The translations under genes and the position numbers were made by a program. Below are positions 58,145 to 64,000 of a stretch of DNA of 64,000 nucleotides, piece after piece. The stretch is from Eledone cirrhosa (lineage: Eukaryota): positions 19,778,001 to 19,842,000 of the forward strand of contig OZ024750.1 in the NCBI GenBank assembly GCA_964016885.1, given 5' to 3'. The stretch's first letter is position 1. Each line of letters opens with the position of its first letter. The notes under the pieces were generated by a model that had not been told where the DNA came from, made no database searches, and saw only the letters and a list, made by a program, of their open reading frames with translations.

Positions 58145-58203
58145 GAAGAAGAAGAAGAAGAAGAAGAAGAAGAAGAAGAAGAAGAAGAAGAAGAAGAAGA
58201 AGA
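58145..58203. repeat. (GAA)n microsatellite
   Basis: Read directly. Confidence 0.97.
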
Positions 58204-60773
58204 ACTACTAAATAACTCATTAACTTCATACATGTGTTTCGTTTCTGTTTAATGATACTTAGAAATCAATACTCTATTTGATATCGAGAAATGGTATCTT
58301 GAAACACTAAATGTTTTAGATGATATTTCTTCATAAACAGTAAAAATTGGAGTGACGAGTTCGTGAATCTGTGAGAAACATTCAGCACCTCAAAACATAA
58401 AAGAAATTGGTATCTCTCATATATCGTCTGTTCTTGAAACTACAAAGATATAACTTTCATGCTTTATCATTTTTACATTTATATTCGATTAAAATTACTT
58501 TAACGTTTTTTTCTACATTAATCTCCAATACATGTGTGTAGGGTAGAAGTGGAGTGGAGATAAATATATTAAATAACAGTATTACATATAGAATATTGAG
58601 GTGAAGAGTAATAATAAACGAGGAATTTATTAAATTTAAGATGTTTACAGAAATTTAAATGAAAGAAAATAATTCCGAATCATGTTACAGTAGAAATATA
58701 TGCATGAACGATTTTTTAAAACAATATTTCAATGTTAAATGACATTTGTTAAATTATGAAAGATAGTTTTGAAAAAAATATTGTCCTCATATGTAGACGA
58801 TCAAAACATGAGCATAAAATGGAATTAGTGAAAATAATATTTAAAACGAAATAGACATACAATATGGAATTGAAATGAAAAAAGACATTTATGCAGAAAA
58901 CATAATACTTCTAAAGCAATTAACAAACATATATGATCTTGAAATAATACGACATAGTGATAGCTTCATTTTCTTAATATAACTATATCACATATACCAA
59001 TATAGATATAATATATATCATGATGATATTTATCTGTCAATTCTTAACTTCATCATTTCTGTCTTTGCGAAAACATACACAAACATAAATATATTTACAG
59101 ATTCTAGACTTTAATTTTTCTTCGAAAATGATTAGAATATGTCGGTTATTGAAATATATTCCTTTCCGAAGAAAGAAAAACGATGGTTTAAATGACAGGA
59201 GGAATGATACTCAAAATAAATTATGGAGACTTCAATTATATTCTACTTGGTTTTGTTTAAGGTTTTCAGTTGTTTTCAATTATATTAACGCTTGTTTTTA
59301 GAATTTTATTATTTCCTGGCCAAGTTGCCTGTCAAAATTGGTAACGTGAAGAATTGCACCATTTTTCTGTACTTAGTTATCTCCCTCATATTCTGAAACA
59401 CACTTTCACAATAAACATAAATTGATTTGTATTCCAATGAGCGAATGTTTAGCTGTGTCGGTAAGAATTTCGCTTTGCAACCATGTGGTCTTCAGTTCGA
59501 TATTTCTATCACTCTGCTTCATAATTGATAAGATCTCTGTTGTTGAAATTTGGAATATGGGTCCAAGATGGAAGCCAGTCAGAAGCAAATCTTTTTCTAG
59601 GATATGCAAAATGTTTTCCAGTTTAGAAACATTACCCCTAAGCGTCTTTAGTGGAGATGAATCTGCTACAATCATTTGGTTCAGGAATTGTGTGACGATA
59701 ACGCCCTCTCTTCACCTCACATCTCAGGGAAGTTCTCGAATATTATATTGGGTGCTGCTAACCCTCTTTCGATGATTCTCTAACGTGCATTTAGGTACAC
59801 CATTTGGGTTCTACACTTTAGGTAAGTGCCCGTGGCAGTTGTTCTGAAATCATACACACGATCTGTGTTAATGTTTTGACAAGCCACATGATTCTTGGCT
59901 GTCTTTAGTGGCGTCCACTATGTAGCAGATATTCAAGCTCAAGTGTCTTGAGAAAATAAGGTTCACTCCCATGTATACCTATCACTAACGTCCAGAAACA
60001 TTCCCTGTATCTTGGGAAAATCTGCAACACTTTATGTATGAAGTTCGAGATAAGCGACATTCCTAGAAACAACAGCCAGACGCCTCATACATTTCTTAGG
60101 ATATCTATGTATTACACCTGGCTTACCCGCACTATATACATCAGGGGTTTCTATAGCGGAAACCGCTCTATAAGATTGGTGTCAGATTTCTAGCGAAATG
60201 TGGTCCTCGCCCACGCCAGATACGTGCCATGTGAGCTGTGAAAGTCAGTGATTTCGCCTTAGCATATGCATGAATTACATTCCTAGAGGACCACTAAATT
60301 AATAGAAGCTTTACGCTAGCTTTTAATTCCCATCCATTTAACAATGACAAGAATATCCATCATTACATTTATAAAGATAATATATTTACTTATCCTTCGA
60401 TGAAGTGAAGACGCGTATCGTAAAAACAATATAACTAAAGATAGAATTTCACGAACATTCAAATATTGAAAGTAATAAAATGGAAAGTATTTAACAAATT
60501 ACACCATCACCTAAGTAGATAAATCTCCAGCCTACGTATGAATATGAATTAATTCTGGCCTCCTTTATCGCATATATTAATGGTAGATACTATTGTGAGA
60601 ACAATCGTAAATCTGTGAATATAATATAATATGCGTGTTGGCATAGAGGTGTGCGACTATAGATATATTTACACCATGAATACACTTTCATCTATATACA
60701 TATGACTTATATGCATAAACATTCACACAGACACATATATACGCACATATATATATGTCTATATATATATACT

Positions 60774-60852
<79 letters not shown>

Positions 60853-62413
60853 AATTAAAGAGACATATATAGAAGGGATAAAAGAGATACGGAGAATCAT
60901 TATACTTACTTTCTTTCGAAACAATAAATAAGAATTCATGATAACGTATAATTAGTTACCGAATTTATGGCAATGAAATATATACATACACACACATATA
61001 CTCATGATCAGAGACTTGCGCTCGCCCACCTCTCTCACACATTACACTCTCACGCACGAGTATATATGTATATTAAATATATTAATTTATATATTTTTCT
61101 ATTACCCATTGAGGAATTAGATCTTGACTAGGATGTACTCTAAATTACCAGGGGATAACTACATAACTCAGCGATTCGAAGGATTATTAGGTTACATTTA
61201 CCTTCCTGCCCTCTGTCAATGTATGTGGCCTGGTGGGATGTTTTCTTTTTCTTCGCTTGCGTTTGTGTGTGTTATTTTGTGTATGTGCCATTGCCATCGT
61301 CGTGATTAATATCATCGTCTTCATAAATGCCTTCATCACCATTACTCCAATTATCATAATCATCATCAATACACAATACATGTATGCTTGTACTACTGTT
61401 TCGGCCAACTAAATTCAACTCGTGATATATTTAACCAGAATAAAGATTTGCTCTAACAACAGTGAAACCATAAGCAACCACCCAAGACAGCGCTTGAGAT
61501 AAGATCTAAAACAGCTATCAATTTTGTTCTAAGTTTTCACAACCTTCAGATAACGTGAAATCATTCAGCCTCCAAAAGCAATCCACATATATAGATATGT
61601 TTACCTAGGGTTTTTTGAATAACGTTTGTTTCAGGAACCAATTTTCCTCCTGGATGTTTACTGGATATGATTGTGTTGTACATTTGAAAGCTTCGTGTTA
61701 TTTGCGTATAAAATGTTGTTTGCTTATAATTACACAAACAATGTGTTAGAACGCTTAAACATAAATGAAACGAAACATTTCCTTTTCGTGGTTTTAAATA
61801 AGAAATCCGACATCAGAATATAAATTTGCTTTCGTCAACCATAGCTTTTCTATTCCACCTGGAACCTAAGCATTGCATTAACTGCCATAGAAATTATATC
61901 ATTGAAACTAGCATTGAAATGGTATTACTAGTTCTATGTGAGATCCAAATAATGATATCGATTTAGGAGTGTATTTTTTTCTTTGTAACGGTAAGTATAT
62001 TACAGTAGACGCTATTCTTCATCAACTGAAGTGGTCTGAATATTGCATACCTAACAGAACTTTCTTTGCTTTTAGTAGTGTATCACAATAGTTGAAGTGG
62101 AATGTGTTGCAACAAAGTGATGGACTCGAATTACTAGATTAAGACGTATTCAAGTCTAGTTCCGTCTGTCTAACGTGCTATGTGTTATGTGGTTACAACT
62201 AATATGTTCTTAACATTTAATCATGCTATCATTTACACTACATATTTAGTAGGCCAGATAAACACATATGTAAATACTGACATACACAGACATACACAGA
62301 CATTCACACCAACACAGACTGATCAATACAGTCAGACAGACACACAGATGCACACACATAATTAAATATGTATTTATATATATTTACAAATATATAAATA
62401 TAAATACATACAT

Positions 62414-62492
<79 letters not shown>

Positions 62493-62495
<3 letters not shown>

Positions 62496-62648
62496 ACGAG
62501 TTAGACTCCGACGGCTGAGCTCAAGCCATTTCGATGGCTAGTTCAGCCGTCAGAGTCCTACTCGTTCCTATTACCCACTCTACTACCCTAAGTATTGAGT
62601 ACTTTGGTGCGTTATGGTCCATGTGGTTCCTTACTACATTTCCTTCGT

Positions 62649-62650
<2 letters not shown>
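62493..62650 (-). mobile_element. Fold-back HHR-derived element between (TA)n tracts
   Basis: Minus strand: ...GGACT-CTGACGG-CTGAACTAGCCATC-GAAA-TGGCTTGAGCTCAGCCG-TC-GGAGTC; paralogous to 21389-21575. Confidence 0.65.
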
Positions 62651-62679
<29 letters not shown>

Positions 62680-63424
62680 GAATTGCATTGTGATTTCGAT
62701 TCCTAGACAGGGCGATACGTTATGTCCCCCAGCAAGACGCATTAACTCACGTTGTTCCTTCTGACTGGAGTTGCAACCGACATATAGTATTAGCAATTGA
62801 ACAGACCAATGTAAACATTGTTTGCTCGCTCGTTAAGTGTGGCAGCATAAACGGAAGTTGAATTACCTGATGGATGTTCTATTGGGAAGTATTCGATTCT
62901 GTTCCGCACTCCTGGAGGCGAGAGGCCCTTTTACTTGCCAAAGAACCAGATACCATAATCAGAGCCACAGATAAACAATCTTCTTCCGGTACCACAACCC
63001 TGGATTAATTAAAAAGAAAGACTATATTGTCACTGATAAAATAGATAATGGCACGTTCATATTTCAATGCGTCTATCTTTCTCTGATGCTACTTATTTTC
63101 TCCATACTGTTGTTAGAATTCCGTCACATCTGACGACTAGTGGCCCAGTTCCTGTAACAACGGTACATCAGGCTTAACATAGTTCTCAGAGAGATTCAGC
63201 GTGGTTCCAGGTTACAACTGGTGGGCATTTGAATTACTTTTTACAAAACAGTTTTCCAGCTGAGAACAGGACGGGTGATGTGAGATATTTGTTCTTGCAC
63301 AATAATACAATGTACCTATGAGAAAATAAATGATAACGTTACGAACGTCAGTCGAACATTCTATCAACTAAACCATGTGCATTCACATTGGTTCATGTAC
63401 GCTTTTATAATCAAATATGTATCT

Positions 63425-63650
63425 TGAGGGCGGTGGATTGGTAGTATCGGTAGAGCATCGGACACCAAGCTTTACAGCATAGAGTTGTGTCCCTTTGCTT
63501 CCTAGTTCAAATTCCGCCGAGGTTAGCTTTACCTTTCATCCTTGAGGGGTCGATGAAAGAAAGTACCAGAAATGCACTGGATTCAATTTAATCGTCTCCC
63601 CCCCCCCCCTCCCCCGATATTGCTGGCTTTTCGAAATCAGAAACCGTTAT
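63425..63650 (+). mobile_element. Full-length diverged SINE family A
   Basis: GAGGGCGGTGGATTGGTAGTATCGGTAGAGCATCGG...AGTTCAAATTCCGCCGAGG...GGGGTCGATGAAAGAAAGTACCAG. Confidence 0.85.
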
Positions 63651-64000
63651 CAGATATGTATTTACTTAGCTGTTATGTCAATTAAGTATTAGGATAACAT
63701 AGATGGCCCATTGTTGTTGATTTATTCTTGAAACACAGGATTAATATTTTAATATATTGCATTGAACTTATGGGATATGTTTTGTCACATTATACATTAT
63801 ACAGATGATTGTTTTCGATAAATACTAAATCTCTATTGAACCCCTTCCTGTTTAAATAGAAAGGAAAACAAAAACGTGTTAAATCATTGATTATGTAAAT
63901 CATATACAATCGATTTGGCTTATCAACCTCAGAGCAGATTATATTGTCATAGAAGTTTTCATAGAGGGCATTCCGATTATATGAAACCATATAAACTTGT

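Noticed and set aside
59406-60200. Overlapping ORFs and a possible decayed L1/Tx1 3' end
   Set aside because: Only faint motif resemblance with many stops; needs BLASTx.

Overview
AT-rich, microsatellite-saturated eukaryotic DNA with no convincing host gene. Its SINE and RTE families resemble those of coleoid cephalopods such as Octopus (inference, not a database result). Nearly all listed ORFs are (TA)n/(CA)n artefacts. Recognisable coding remnants are an R4/Dong-like restriction-endonuclease fragment (~0.9-1.4 kb), an RTE LINE 3' end (6.6-7.7 kb) and two Penelope-like element (PLE) GIY-YIG fragments (25.0 and 30.2 kb). The main hidden signal is about 20 type I hammerhead ribozyme (HHR) motifs, intact or degenerate, in at least 8 sequence families, found by eye on both strands. 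They sit in 150-1400 bp, mostly non-coding islands inserted in (TA)n tracts, almost all within the first 41.6 kb. These islands show partial tandem repeats (units of ~323, ~443 and ~635 bp), inverted or fold-back copies, palindromic stem III (dimer-type HHR), a U3-A8 core variant, a conserved octamer+TATA arrangement upstream of the HHR in one family, and repeated inverted capture of neighbouring host DNA. Together they look like a (TA)n-associated PLE/retrozyme-like ribozyme retroelement system. All folds and alignments were done manually; coordinates are accurate to within a few bases.
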